Assembly (NCBI GenBank): GCA_945949385.1 | Contig: CAMFEL010000003.1 | Span: 1-47,692, forward strand | DNA: 47,692 nucleotides | Direction of reading: 5' to 3' | Origin: an uncultured Clostridia bacterium | GTDB taxonomy: Bacteria > Bacillota > Clostridia > Oscillospirales > CAG-272 | Shown here: piece by piece, positions 29,014-39,910 of the stretch | Position numbering within the stretch: position 1 is the first letter of the stretch | Layout of the letters: the number at the start of each line of letters is the position of its first letter | The notes under the pieces: model-generated | What the model was told of the DNA's origin: nothing | The model's input: the letters and a program-made list of their open reading frames with translations, nothing else | The model's database searches: none | Position numbers and translations under genes: made by a program

Positions 29014-31164
29014 TTATTCTGCCGCACTTTTCGCCGTGCGGACCGCGTCGGCAGCAGGCGCTTTTGCAGTTTCGGCGGGACGGTAGGGATGATATGTAGG
29101 CACTATTTCCTCAACCATGGAACATATATCCTCGCTTTCGTTATAAGCGGCGTCCGCAAGGCGTGTAAGCTGCGCGGAAAATACATCGTCGTCCATTTTT
29201 ATGGGATGACCTATATGAATAAGCTTGTTGTCCGTGGACCGGAGTCCCTCTTCGTCCATAAGCAGTTCTTCGTACAGCTTTTCACCGGGACGCAGACCGG
29301 TATATTCTATCATTATATCCTCATCCGGCACATATCCCGAAAGGCGTATGAGATTTCGCGCCATATCGTCAATGCGCACGGGATCGCCCATATCCAGAAC
29401 AAAAATCTCGCCGCCGTCAGCATAATACGATGCCTGAAGCACCAGAGACACCGCCTCCGGTATGGTCATAAAATGTCTGATTATGTTTTTGTCGGTAACG
29501 GTTACGGGACCTCCGTGGGCGATCTGCTTTTTGAACAAAGGAATAACGCTGCCGTTTGAGCCCAGCACATTGCCGAAGCGCACCGCTACAAAATCCGTTT
29601 CCGGATACTTTCTGTTCATCATCTGGACGATCATTTCGCAAATGCGTTTTGAAGCGCCCATTATGTTGGTGGGATTCACGGCTTTGTCGGTGGAAATAAG
29701 GACAAACTTTGAAACGCCGCAGCGTGCCGCCGCCTGCGCTGTTTTTAATGTGCCGAAAACATTATTTTTTATTGCTTCGTCGGGACTTGTCTCCATCAGC
29801 GGCACATGCTTATGCGCGGCAGCATGGAAAACAACATCCGGACGGTATGTTTTCATGACGCTGTTGATACGGTTGGTATTACGGACGGAGCCTATAAGCA
29901 CCGTCAGCGCAAGACCCGGACAGTCACGCAGAAGCTCCTGCTGAATATCGTACGCATTATTTTCGTATATATCGAAAATAACAAGTCTTTCAGGCTCGGA
30001 ACGTGCGATCTGACGGCAAAGCTCGCTTCCGATCGAGCCGCCTCCTCCCGTGACGAGCACGGTTTTTCCCTTTATTGATTTCAGTATCTCGTCATTATTT
30101 ACACTCACCTGATCTCTTCCGAGCAGGTCGGATATGTCCACGTCGCGCAGTTTTGTAACGCTGACCTCGCCGTTCACTATCTGATCCACGCCGGGGATGA
30201 TCTTTACACGGCAGGAGGTCTCCTTACATATATGGAGAAGATCTTTTTTGGCAAGCGGTGAAATACTGGGGATTGCAATAATTATTTCGGTTATTTCATA
30301 TTTTTTCGCCATCTGCGGGATGGACTCCCTGTTTCCCACAATGGGGATACCCTCGAGCAGTCTGCCTGTTTTATTGGGGTTATCGTCGATAATACAGCAG
30401 ACTCTGCGTCCGTCACGGGAGCGCTGTATTTCCTTTATAAGCGTCTGTCCCGCGCTTCCGCCGCCGATAAGCATCGTATGCACAAAGGAATCGTCCCGTC
30501 CCCGTTTACAGTCAATGAAAAATCTGACAAATCGGTACGAAAATCTGATACCGATAGTAAAGCAGAAAGTCAGCACATAGCCTATGAAATAGAAGGAGCG
30601 GGGCATGGAAGCTCCGTAACGCATATACTTGGCGCCTGCAAATATCAGAGGGATCAAAACAAGATGTGCGCCGATAAGCCTTGAAAGCTCGGCAACACTG
30701 GCAAGCTTCCATATGCTGTGATACAGCCTGAAGCCGAAGAATACCGCCACCGTTATTATTATCATATACGGCAGGGAAAAGACATACCCGCGCAGATAAT
30801 ACAGCGGCACGTGTCTGTAATCAAAGTCGAAACGGATAAGTAAAGCCGCAAGGTATGACAGAATAACGATAAGTGAATCGGCAAAAGCAAGCAGGAACGC
30901 CTTTACCACCCACGCTTTGCCGAGCCCTTGCTTTGCAGCGCCTCTGTTAAGCTTTCTGATAACAACTATCCACAAACCGGCTGTCAGTGCCGTCACGGCT
31001 GCCGTAACGGAAGCTACGGGGCTGGTAATCATATCCGATTTTGCAAGATAGCTCTGCACCGCTTCGCTCCGTGACGCCAGTATATTGCCCACAACAATTG
31101 CCGCGGCAATAAGCAGCGTGACGATTATTGCCGGCACAAGTACGGCAGCTTTCCTTTTTTTCAT
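29014..31164 (-). CDS. Polysaccharide biosynthesis nucleotide-sugar dehydratase/epimerase (CapD/PglF family)
   Basis: N-terminal TMs, TGGGGSIGSE, HAAAHKHVP, STDKAV, RFGNVLGS, LRPGEKLYEE; start at MKKRK after a GGAGG RBS. Confidence 0.92.
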   Translation of the reverse strand: MKKRKAAVLVPAIIVTLLIAAAIVVGNILASRSEAVQSYLAKSDMITSPVASVTAAVTALTAGLWIVVIRKLNRGAAKQGLGKAWVVKAFLLAFADSLIVILSYLAALLIRFDFDYRHVPLYYLRGYVFSLPYMIIITVAVFFGFRLYHSIWKLASVAELSRLIGAHLVLIPLIFAGAKYMRYGASMPRSFYFIGYVLTFCFTIGIRFSYRFVRFFIDCKRGRDDSFVHTMLIGGGSAGQTLIKEIQRSRDGRRVCCIIDDNPNKTGRLLEGIPIVGNRESIPQMAKKYEITEIIIAIPSISPLAKKDLLHICKETSCRVKIIPGVDQIVNGEVSVTKLRDVDISDLLGRDQVSVNNDEILKSIKGKTVLVTGGGGSIGSELCRQIARSEPERLVIFDIYENNAYDIQQELLRDCPGLALTVLIGSVRNTNRINSVMKTYRPDVVFHAAAHKHVPLMETSPDEAIKNNVFGTLKTAQAAARCGVSKFVLISTDKAVNPTNIMGASKRICEMIVQMMNRKYPETDFVAVRFGNVLGSNGSVIPLFKKQIAHGGPVTVTDKNIIRHFMTIPEAVSLVLQASYYADGGEIFVLDMGDPVRIDDMARNLIRLSGYVPDEDIMIEYTGLRPGEKLYEELLMDEEGLRSTDNKLIHIGHPIKMDDDVFSAQLTRLADAAYNESEDICSMVEEIVPTYHPYRPAETAKAPAADAVRTAKSAAE

Positions 31165-31272
31165 AGGACATACCTCCTGTTTCGACCTTTTTCGCGCTTT
31201 TCGCAAAAATAAAATTACCAATATGAAATATATTCAATACGAAACCTGTCAGCGTCTTATACGCCGGAGCTT

Positions 31273-32004
31273 CTACGGCTCCCTTGCGCCGAGGTCGCAG
31301 ACAATCCCGTGCGGACTTGTATCAAACAGGTATTTTGCATACCGCGGCGAAATTTTTCGCGACACGATCTCTCTCGCACGTGACATATATACTGTTCTGC
31401 GGTCTGTGCCGTGGGCGTCGCTTGCCACAGCGTCGGCAAGACGCTGCGACGCTATAAAAAACGCCGCTTCCAATACTTCCCCGCCGCAATTGCCCGTAAA
31501 GCTGCCTTTGTTCAACTGGATCAGACAGCCTTTTTTGCGCCACCGCTCCACAGTTTCAATATCGTATCTGACAAATTCATACCTTTCGGCGTGCGCCACA
31601 ACAGGCACAAGTCCGCAGGACAGAATTCCGTCAAGGATTCTGTCGGCAAATTCCGGATCCCCTCCGAAATCAAACTCAACAAGAAGATACCGGCTGCCCG
31701 CGAGAGTCAGCACCTTTTCATCGCGTATGAGCTTCGTAAGCCCTTCCGTTGCAAAAACTTCCATGCCTCTGTGCAGCTTTACTGGTATGCGCTCCTGTGT
31801 AATGGCGTTTTTCAGAGCCGAAAAACGCTCCTCATACCCGGCGCCGCGATAGTTTCCGCTCATACCCGGTACATTGCAATGGGGCGTTGCCACAATATCG
31901 GTAACACCGTCACGGGCGGCTTCATCAGCCATTTCCAGAGATTCGTATATATCTCTTGCGCCGTCGTCAAAGCCGGGCAGTATGTGCATATGAATATCAG
32001 TCAT
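31273..32004 (-). CDS. CpsB/YwqE-type PHP tyrosine-protein phosphatase (own start inside a fused ORF)
   Basis: MTDIHMHILPG.DDG, ATPH, HAERY, ASDAH; ATG at 32004 behind GGAGG. Confidence 0.88.
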   Translation of the reverse strand: MTDIHMHILPGFDDGARDIYESLEMADEAARDGVTDIVATPHCNVPGMSGNYRGAGYEERFSALKNAITQERIPVKLHRGMEVFATEGLTKLIRDEKVLTLAGSRYLLVEFDFGGDPEFADRILDGILSCGLVPVVAHAERYEFVRYDIETVERWRKKGCLIQLNKGSFTGNCGGEVLEAAFFIASQRLADAVASDAHGTDRRTVYMSRAREIVSRKISPRYAKYLFDTSPHGIVCDLGAREP

Positions 32005-32117
32005 ACTGAACCTCCGCGGCGTTTTTTTCCAAGCGACGCAAGTCTGAAAAGAGGTCGGCGCATAGGGACGATCCACAGCCACGGCCCGCTGAAAAATTTC
32101 CAGATGAGATTTTCGGT
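32001..32117 (-). pseudogene. Orphan 3' end of a deleted gene
   Basis: Alternate frame reads TENLIWKFFSGPWLWIVPMRRPLFRLASLGKKRRGGSV*, with its TGA overlapping the cpsB ATG (GTATGA). Confidence 0.55.
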
Positions 32118-32874
32118 AGGAGACCTTCATTGCAATCTTTCTGAAGGTCTCAATATATCCGAAGCTGGTGGTCGGGGCGCTGACAAGGATTTCACCGCCG
32201 CCCTTGCGCACACGTTTTTTCTTCTCGTGATATACGGACGCAATCAGCTTTGTATCAAGCTTTTTCTCAATCTGTCCCGGGTTCTTAATATCGTCGTGCA
32301 GGTAAAAATACAAAAACAGGATAAGTATTTCCAGAACGGCCGCGGCAAGAAAAATCTTAGTAATAATACCCCATCCGCTGTACGGATTTACGACCGACTC
32401 GGGCACCTTGGGAGTTTCAAGCACCTGAAGCACCTGATCGCTGAGTATAGTCTCGGAAAACTCATTGTAATGCTCAAGTATACCGTTAATCGTCAGCATA
32501 GCGTCTCTGGGAGAGGACGCCGTCACCGTAAGTATCATCATATTTGTGTTTCTGATATTGCTGCACGAAACGGTACCGGGCAGGCTGTCAAGTCCGAGAG
32601 AGGCCGCAACCTTGTCTTTCAGCACCTTGCTGGAAACGATCTCTCTGAAAATGCCGGCGGTGTTCTCGGCATTTGAAACGCCGCTCCACTTATACATTTC
32701 CTTTTCAAGTACCACTATTGTAGCCTTGGTACGGTATTCCGGTCTGTACATAAAACAGGAAACCGTGCCCGCGGCAAAGGCGGCGATAAGAGCGATCATA
32801 ATGATCTCCTTCCACCGTCTGGCGATGTTTCGCACTATATTGGAAAAATCAAAGCCTTCATTCATTGGCGGCAT
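32110..32874 (-). pseudogene. Wzz/CpsC chain-length determinant truncated at the start of its tyrosine-kinase module
   Basis: Wzz-type N-terminus (P.Y.T.ATIVV, two TMs, DDIKN...LD), then ETFRKIA; the expected Walker A (GEGK) is absent. Confidence 0.7.
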
Positions 32875-32922
32875 TTCCTTTCTGTTATCAGCGTCATAAA
32901 CGGCTCGCAGCTCCGCTGTCGG

Positions 32923-33780
32923 TCAATGCCGGGACTCGCCCACAATCACAATAAGCGGGACCTGCATAGCGCCGTCGCCTTCTCCGGCGGTATATATGAC
33001 GGCGTAGGTACCTGCCGTCTCGGTATTAAGGTTTGTGTCAACCGAAAGGAGCGACGCTTCGGCATCGGTACCGTTGATCCTGACTTCGGTAACAAGACTT
33101 AAGGGATCAAAACTTTCGCCTTTTTCAATATAAACGAGATAGTCGCTGAGAGCCACATAGCAGTCGCTTGCAGCGGAGGTCCAGGAAGTGTTTATCATAA
33201 CGGGAATATCCGCTTCCACAATATCTCCGCAGCTGTTTGTCACCTGAATTTTCACAACTCTCATGGGAGCGCCGCCTACCGTAATTTCCTCATTTGAAGA
33301 CAGCAGCACCATTTCATCGGTAATATCGCCGTCAATGCAGTCGGTTGCCCCAAGCCCCTTAACAAGCTCGGCGGAGCCTGCGGTGGCGGAGACGGAAACA
33401 AGAGGTTCTGTCAGCGAAAGGCGGGGAGATGTATAGTCCGTATAGACAATCTGCCGCTGAGCCTTGCCCACATTGCTGTCGCCGTCAAAGGCAGCATAGG
33501 TTACTATACGCCGGTTGCCGTCAAGCAGCGCAGACAGGGATTCTATCATCAGGCTGTCCGTCACATCTCCGTCTTTATCGTCATATGCCGATACGCCTTT
33601 CAGAAGCTCCTCCTGCGTCACGGAAACGGATACGCTCAAATTGTCGCTGTCAAAGCTTATCTTCGGGGAGGCAGTATCTTTAAGACTGGATATATACCAG
33701 CGGCTGCCCGCATACACAGCGGCAGCAAGTATGCATACAACAAGCAGCAGTATACTGAATTTTTTCGATTTTTTCTTCAT
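32923..33780 (-). CDS. Membrane-anchored Ig-like repeat protein (DUF5011-like)
   Basis: N-terminal TM; repeated A.D..DGD.T motifs; GTYAVIYTA. Confidence 0.75.
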   Translation of the reverse strand: MKKKSKKFSILLLVVCILAAAVYAGSRWYISSLKDTASPKISFDSDNLSVSVSVTQEELLKGVSAYDDKDGDVTDSLMIESLSALLDGNRRIVTYAAFDGDSNVGKAQRQIVYTDYTSPRLSLTEPLVSVSATAGSAELVKGLGATDCIDGDITDEMVLLSSNEEITVGGAPMRVVKIQVTNSCGDIVEADIPVMINTSWTSAASDCYVALSDYLVYIEKGESFDPLSLVTEVRINGTDAEASLLSVDTNLNTETAGTYAVIYTAGEGDGAMQVPLIVIVGESRH

Positions 33781-33820
33781 CTGGATCCGTTGCCCCTTTA
33801 CAGGTTGTATGAAAAGCAGA

Positions 33821-35553
33821 TCACACCGTCTCGGGCGTAAGTCTGCCGTTTTTATCAATGCGCAGTACCGAAGTGCAATACTTGAGAATGCCCTTTCTGT
33901 GAGTAGTCAGTATGCACACTCTGCGCGGATCGGCGCGCATAAGGTTTTTAAGAACACCGCCTCGGTCTCATGGTCGAGAGCAGAGGTTATCTCATCCATA
34001 AGCAGTACGGGAGATTTTCTCAGTACCGCTCTTGCAATGGCAATACGCTGAGACTGACCCTCGGAAAGCCGCAGTCCCCTCTCGCCCACCGATGTCATCA
34101 GTCCGTCGGGCAGAGACATGACAAAATCCTTTATATCCGCTATCTCCAGCGCCTCCAGCAGTTCCTCATCGGTTGCATCCGGCGACACAAGACGGAGATT
34201 GTCGGCAAGTGTTCCTGAAAACATACTGTTGCCTTGCGGCACATATGAGCAAAGACGCCTTGTACTGTCGGAAGCGCAAAGCTTTCCGACCCCCTCGGCT
34301 TCAAAGGTAATAGTCCCGCAGTCAGGCTCCATAAGTCCGAGAATAAGACGCAGCAGCGTTGTTTTTCCTTCTCCGGAGGGACCTACCAGCGCTACGACAT
34401 CTCCGGGCGACGCGGTCATCCCCACCTCGCACAAAGTCGCGGCGGTCGCGTCCTTATATGTAAAGCTTACACCTTCGATTTTCAGAGTAATGCCTGAAAC
34501 ACGCGCTTCTTTTTCAAGCTCTTTGGCAACCCTTCCGTCGCTGTCGTTTTCGCAATCAAGGTTTGTGATCTCCATAATACGCCCCGCTGAGGTTGCCACG
34601 GAAACAGCGCCGGGGAGCAGCCCTACCATAGCCGAAAACGAGGATGTGAGCGTGCTGCATATTTGTAAAAACAAAGTCATGGTACCGTATGTAATAGCTC
34701 CGTTCCAGAGCCTGTATACACTCCATCCGTAGCAGGAGTACGATACCGCCAGTCCTATAGCGGAAAAGCAAAGAGTCGTGAGAATAGAGAATTTATCCTT
34801 ATCCACCCTGACTTTTCTGTACTGTCCCAAAAGAAGTGAAAACTTGGAAACATAGTCACGGGTTATGCCGAAGGCTTTGACCGTCTGCAAATTCTGCACC
34901 GCTTCTTCCCCGAAGGACAGAATTCGTCCGTTCATTTCACGGCTTTCCGTGTTATACTTGCGTATCATGCGCATCATATGGCGCGAGCAGAGAAACATGA
35001 CGGGGGCACTCAGCAGAGCAAGCCCTGCCATTACAGGATCGTAATACAGCACTATTATGAGAGCGCCGGCAAACTGCGTTACCCTGATTACGGTGTTGGG
35101 AACAAGTCCGACTATGCCCTCGGACACAGCCGAAACATCGCCCTCAAGCCTGTTTACAAGCTCACCGGAATGGTATTTTCCTATATCCTCAACGCGGGCG
35201 TACATCATATGGCTGAAAACATCACCGCGCACCTCGCTGCTCACCTTTGCGCCTACATTTGACGCCACGCGGGAAGCCGCCGCCTGGAGAATTATCTGGA
35301 AAAGGGCAAGACATATAACCAAAGCGGCGCTGCGGACGAAAGTGTGGCTTTGGCTGATAACATCGTCGATCAGATATTTTGATGCAACGCCGCTGCCCAG
35401 GCCCATAATTACGCCCACAAAGCCGAAAATCACATTTACAAAAATGCCGAGGCGGTATTGCTTTATGTACCCGAACATCCACTTCCACTCGTTTTTCAGC
35501 TCCCGAAGAAGCCTGAAGCTGAAGCCTTTGTTCTCGCTCTTTTTTTCGTCCAA
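33821..35553 (-). pseudogene. Peptide/lipid exporter-type ABC transporter (TMD+NBD) with a 3' frameshift
   Basis: GPSGEGKT, LSEGQSQR, MDEITSALD; the H-loop (LTTHR) and natural stop at 33821 lie in another frame after ~33957. Confidence 0.8.
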
Positions 35554-35808
35554 ACCGCCGCCTCCTCTCTTTGTCCGCTTAACCGTCCGCTCTCAGATCA
35601 TCTGCGTTTTCCGCGCTTTTTGCACCCCCGAATATACCAAGGGCATAAAAATCGCAATATTATGTAATGTTATATCATTATACAGGACAAAAATCAATAG
35701 CCGATGCCTTAAAACAAGTAAACGTCTCGCGCCCCGGCGAAGCATCACCGATGCTGTTCTCCCCATACTTCCCGATTATTCCGAAAAAAAGAGGCTCAAT
35801 ACATAGAA

Positions 35809-35844
35809 AAGCCCTGTGCAAAGGGCAAAGCCTTTGCACAGGGC
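35809..35844 (-). terminator. Intrinsic terminator after hpf
   Basis: gccctgtgcaaagg-gcaaag-cctttgcacagggc. Confidence 0.65.
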
Positions 35845-35879
35845 GCCTGCACCGCACAGATCACGGCAAAAATCAAATA

Positions 35880-36404
35880 TCAGCCTTTTTCCGGAATTAT
35901 CATCCCGTAGTCGCCGTCATGACGTTTATAAACGGTGCATACTTCTCCGCTTGCGGAATCGGCAAACATAAAGAATTCGTGTCCCAGCAGGTTCATCTGC
36001 AGTATTGCCTCCTCCGCCGTCATGGGCTTCAGAGTAAAGGTCTTTGTGCGGATGCGGAAATCACCCTCCTCCGCCACATCGTCGCTTTCGTATTCGGGGA
36101 TACGGATATTGTCCCGCAGTCTCTTGGAAAGTCTTGTTTTGTTTTTTCTTATCTGCCGCTCGATACTGTACATACAGCAGTCCAGCGCGTTCATAAACGT
36201 GGAGCTTTCGTCCTCGCTGCGGAAAAGGAAGGGTCCTGCCGCAATAGTCACCTCCACGCGCTCAATATCGCGCACCCGTGAGAGCTTGACGGTCGCCTCC
36301 GCTTCTCCGGGGAAGAATTTGTCAAATTTGGCAAGCTTTTTTTCGATATGATCCGAAAGATCGCGGCTTACCGTTACTTTGCGTGCATTGATGGTGATTT
36401 TCAT
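35880..36404 (-). CDS. hpf: Ribosome hibernation promoting factor (long HPF/RaiA)
   Basis: KL.KFDKFF, ERQIRKNKTR, KPMT.EEAILQMNLLGHEFF, VYKR.DGDYG. Confidence 0.95.
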   Translation of the reverse strand: MKITINARKVTVSRDLSDHIEKKLAKFDKFFPGEAEATVKLSRVRDIERVEVTIAAGPFLFRSEDESSTFMNALDCCMYSIERQIRKNKTRLSKRLRDNIRIPEYESDDVAEEGDFRIRTKTFTLKPMTAEEAILQMNLLGHEFFMFADSASGEVCTVYKRHDGDYGMIIPEKG

Positions 36405-36652
36405 ACTTTCAGCCCACCCTTTTCTTTATTTGTCAGGGGACGGCGCCAACGGCGCTTTTTTGTTCCCCTTTGACAGCTATATTATACCACACTCCCGTCA
36501 AAATGTCCATACTTTTTGTTAAAATTATATAAACAATTGTGAATTTTACACACCGATTTCAGCAGCTTTATATTTACGCTTCAAATATGTCCGAATACGG
36601 CGCAAAAGGACGGTACATTTCATCGAAATTATACAAAACCGTCCCGCCGCTA

Positions 36653-36710
36653 TTGACACAAATGGACTTTTGAAGTAATATAATTTATGTGTTAGCAATA
36701 ACTAATCACA
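36653..36710 (+). promoter_or_regulatory. feo promoter with a DtxR/MntR-type operator
   Basis: TTGACA at 36653, 17 bp, TAATAT; palindrome tgtg-TTAG-caataa-CTAA-tcaca at 36688-36710. Confidence 0.6.
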
Positions 36711-36750
36711 TTTGATATTTCACATATAAATCAAAAAGAGGAGACGTCCG

Positions 36751-37044
36751 ATGACACTGAAAGAACTGAAAGTCGGTCAGTCCGCCGAGATCGTCGCCGT
36801 GGGCGGCGAGGGCTCACTGCGCAACCGGCTTATAGATATGGGGCTTATCCCCCGCACCGTTCTTACTCTCAGAAAGGTCGCGCCTATGGGGGATCCCATT
36901 GAAATACTTATTCGCGGCTATGAGCTTACCCTGCGTCTTGAGGACGCGGCAAATATAACCGTAAAGACAGTAGAAAACAAAAAGCCGCAGGAGCCTCCCG
37001 TCATAAAGTACGGCAGAAAAAGAAAGCGCAGAGGCTCCGTATGA
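36751..37044 (+). CDS. feoA: Ferrous iron transport protein A
   Basis: RLIDMGL, APMGDPIE..IRGYELTLR. Confidence 0.95.
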   Translation: MTLKELKVGQSAEIVAVGGEGSLRNRLIDMGLIPRTVLTLRKVAPMGDPIEILIRGYELTLRLEDAANITVKTVENKKPQEPPVIKYGRKRKRRGSV

Positions 37045-37126
37045 GCCGCACTGCGGGCGGCTGCCGAGAATGCTGCAATGCAAATCAAGTTTTATGTCAT
37101 TGATTGGGAAAGGATAGATCGCAATT

Positions 37127-39139
37127 ATGAAATTTGCGCTTGCGGGAAACCAGAACTGCGGCAAAACCGCGCTTTTCAACGCGCTCACGGGTATGCGCTG
37201 TCATGTGGGCAACTTCCCCGGAGTGACGGTGGAGCAGAAAACGGGAGAGATCCGCGGCTTCGGCGGATACTCCGTGGTTGATCTGCCCGGCATATACTCC
37301 CTGCGCCCCTATACGCAGGAGGAAATAGTCACCCGCGACTACATACTGAACGAAAAGCCCGACTGCATCATAAACATCATCGATGCCACCAATATTGAGC
37401 GCAATTTGTATCTTACCATGCAGCTTCTCGAGCTTGATGTGCCCATGGTGCTGGCTCTTAATATGATGGATGAGGTGCGCGCCAACGGCGGCACCGTGGA
37501 TATTGAAAAAATCAGCCGCGAGCTGGGGATCCCCGCAGTCCCCATCAGCGCCATCAAGGGCGAGGGCGTGTCAGAGCTTATTGACCGCGCCGTAGATACC
37601 GCAAAGCATCACGTGCTGCCCGTGCGCGCCGATTTCTGCGCCTCCGATTCGCCCTGCCACCGCTGTATCCACGCGGTTATGCACCTGGTGCAGGATCACG
37701 CCGAGGAGGAGGGGCTTCCCCTGCGCTTCTGCGCATCAAAGCTTATTGAAAGCGACAGCGACATCGCAGACAAGCTGCGACTTGACACAAACGAACGGGA
37801 GCTTATAGAGCACTGTCTCGTTCAGCTTGAGAGCGAATCGGGACTTGACCGCAACGCGGCGCTGGCGGATATGCGCTACTGTTTTATCGAAAGCGTTGTA
37901 GCCTGTGCCGTCGTTAAGGCAAACGAAAGCCGCGAGCACCGCCGCAGCGTGGCAATAGATAAGATCCTCACCGGAAAATATACGGCTATCCCCGTTTTTC
38001 TCGGGGTCATGATGCTTGTTTTCTGGCTTACCTTCAATGTTATCGGCGCCGCCCTTCAGCGTCTGCTGGAGGCGGGCATCGGACAGCTTACGGACATAGT
38101 TGACCGCGCTCTGACTTCATTCGGTCTGAACGAGGTGATTCACAGCCTGATAATCGACGGCATATTCAACGGCGTGGGCAGCGTGCTGTCCTTTTTGCCC
38201 ATTATAGTCACTCTGTTTTTCTTCCTGTCCATACTTGAGGACACCGGGTATATGGCGCGCATCGCCTTCGTTATGGATAAGCCCCTGCGCCGTCTCGGTC
38301 TGTCTGGGCGCTCATTTGTGCCCATGCTCATAGGCTTCGGCTGCTCCGTACCCGCCGTTATGGCGACCCGCACCGTTTCCTCCGACCGCGACCGCAAAAT
38401 GACCATGATGCTGGTGCCCTTTATGAGCTGCTCGGCGAAAATACCCATTTACGCCGTGTTCACCGCCGCCTTTTTCCCCGGTCACGGAGCCGTGGTTATG
38501 TTCGCTTTGTATTTCACGGGCATAATTCTGGGAATACTTATGGCGCTGCTGCTGAAAGGAACGGCTTTCCGCGGAAAGCCGGTGCCCTTTGTAATGGAGC
38601 TTCCCAATTACCGCCTGCCCTCTCCCCGCAGCGTGGGACTGCTGCTTTGGGAGAAAGCCCGCGACTTTTTGCAGCGCGCCTTTTCCGTTATTTTCATCGC
38701 AACCGTTGTTATATGGTTTTTGCAGAGCTTTGACTATCACCTGAATCCCGTTTCCGACTCCACGGAAAGTATGCTGGCAAATGTGGGGCAGGCTATATCC
38801 GTAATCTTCAAGCCTCTGGGCTTCGGAGACTGGCGCTTCTCCACCGCCCTTATCTCAGGCTTTATAGCAAAGGAGCAGGTGGTGTCAACACTTGCCGTTC
38901 TTATAGGCTGTGACGCAAGCGTTCTGTATACCGTACTGCCCTCAGCCTTTCCCTCAACCCTTGCGGCGTGCAGTTTTCTGGTGTTCACCCTGCTGTACAC
39001 TCCCTGCGTCGCCGCCGTCGCATCCTTCAGACGCGAGTTCAACTCACGCATTACCACTCTCGGTGTAGTTATCCTGCAATGCGCGGTAGCGTGGATCGCC
39101 GCATTCCTCGTATATAATATAGGAGGTCTGTTCCTGTGA
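37127..39139 (+). CDS. feoB: Ferrous iron transport protein B
   Basis: GNQNCGKT, DLPGIYSL, NMMD, GFGCSVP, FVMELP.Y, YTPC. Confidence 0.97.
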   Translation: MKFALAGNQNCGKTALFNALTGMRCHVGNFPGVTVEQKTGEIRGFGGYSVVDLPGIYSLRPYTQEEIVTRDYILNEKPDCIINIIDATNIERNLYLTMQLLELDVPMVLALNMMDEVRANGGTVDIEKISRELGIPAVPISAIKGEGVSELIDRAVDTAKHHVLPVRADFCASDSPCHRCIHAVMHLVQDHAEEEGLPLRFCASKLIESDSDIADKLRLDTNERELIEHCLVQLESESGLDRNAALADMRYCFIESVVACAVVKANESREHRRSVAIDKILTGKYTAIPVFLGVMMLVFWLTFNVIGAALQRLLEAGIGQLTDIVDRALTSFGLNEVIHSLIIDGIFNGVGSVLSFLPIIVTLFFFLSILEDTGYMARIAFVMDKPLRRLGLSGRSFVPMLIGFGCSVPAVMATRTVSSDRDRKMTMMLVPFMSCSAKIPIYAVFTAAFFPGHGAVVMFALYFTGIILGILMALLLKGTAFRGKPVPFVMELPNYRLPSPRSVGLLLWEKARDFLQRAFSVIFIATVVIWFLQSFDYHLNPVSDSTESMLANVGQAISVIFKPLGFGDWRFSTALISGFIAKEQVVSTLAVLIGCDASVLYTVLPSAFPSTLAACSFLVFTLLYTPCVAAVASFRREFNSRITTLGVVILQCAVAWIAAFLVYNIGGLFL

Positions 39140-39294
39140 ATGCGATTGATATAGCAGTCCTGATAATTGTGGCTGCGGCAATCGCCGCCGCAGTATTCTT
39201 TTCCGTAAGAGGGCGCAAAAAGCGCGGCGGGGGCTGCGGCTGCGGCTGCTCAAGCTGCCCCGGCTGTCCGGCTGCCAAAAAGAACAAAAAATAA
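39136..39294 (+). CDS. FeoB-associated Cys-rich membrane protein (52 aa, below the ORF-track cutoff)
   Basis: GTG start overlapping the feoB stop after AGGAGG; (M)NAIDIAVLIIVAAAIAAAVFF...GGGCGCGCSSCPGC. Confidence 0.85.
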   Translation: MNAIDIAVLIIVAAAIAAAVFFSVRGRKKRGGGCGCGCSSCPGCPAAKKNKK

Positions 39295-39340
39295 AAAAGC
39301 GCCTGACCGATAAGCGGCGCAGCGTGCGCCGAATATATTC

Positions 39341-39373
39341 AAAAAGCCCGATTTGCAATGCAAATCGGGCTTT
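39341..39373. terminator. Bidirectional terminator
   Basis: aaaaagcccgatttgca-a-tgcaaatcgggcttt. Confidence 0.75.
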
Positions 39374-39382
39374 CCCGTTAAG

Positions 39383-39796
39383 TTACTGTTCGCGCGTCGT
39401 ATTTTTTGCTAATTCTATGTTTATCAGTTCCACCAAGCGGTCGGACATTACAGCCATTGATTCAATATGTACCTTGTTTTCTCCCAACATCAAGGTTAAG
39501 GAATCGGGGTTCTGCTTTATATCGGTAATCTCGGAAAACCTGAATACCTTTTTATTGCCGAACATAGTATAATATTCAAAAGTATCGTCATCAACAACAT
39601 AAATCTTCTGATTATTCCAACACAGAAAAGCCGCAACGCTCAGCAGTATTACAGGTGCAGACACCACGGCAAACCAGATGTTCGTAAAAACTGCCGCACA
39701 TATCAGCAGGGCAGCGGCTACTATTGATAAAAAGATTCCGAGTATAAGTACCGCTGTGGGCAAATGCAAATCAGCTTCATTTTTGCTATTTTTCAT
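39383..39796 (-). CDS. Hypothetical 2-TM membrane protein
   Basis: Start MKNSK after GGAGGAG; two TMs, then a short beta-rich tail. Confidence 0.75.
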   Translation of the reverse strand: MKNSKNEADLHLPTAVLILGIFLSIVAAALLICAAVFTNIWFAVVSAPVILLSVAAFLCWNNQKIYVVDDDTFEYYTMFGNKKVFRFSEITDIKQNPDSLTLMLGENKVHIESMAVMSDRLVELINIELAKNTTREQ

Positions 39797-39910
39797 TTTA
39801 TCTCCTCCTTTTTTACAATTGTAACACAGAAAAGGTATTCTGTCAATAGAGCAAAAAGCACAGATCCGCATACGCAACAGGGAACACCGCTTTGCGCCCG
39901 CCGAAGCAAA

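Noticed and set aside
31411-32676. 421-aa plus-strand ORF
   Set aside because: Antisense to the cpsC/cpsB sequence with no recognisable motifs
36515-36552. Rex-like box between hpf and feoA
   Set aside because: Half-site spacing does not fit TTGT(G/T)AA-N4-TT(C/A)ACAA
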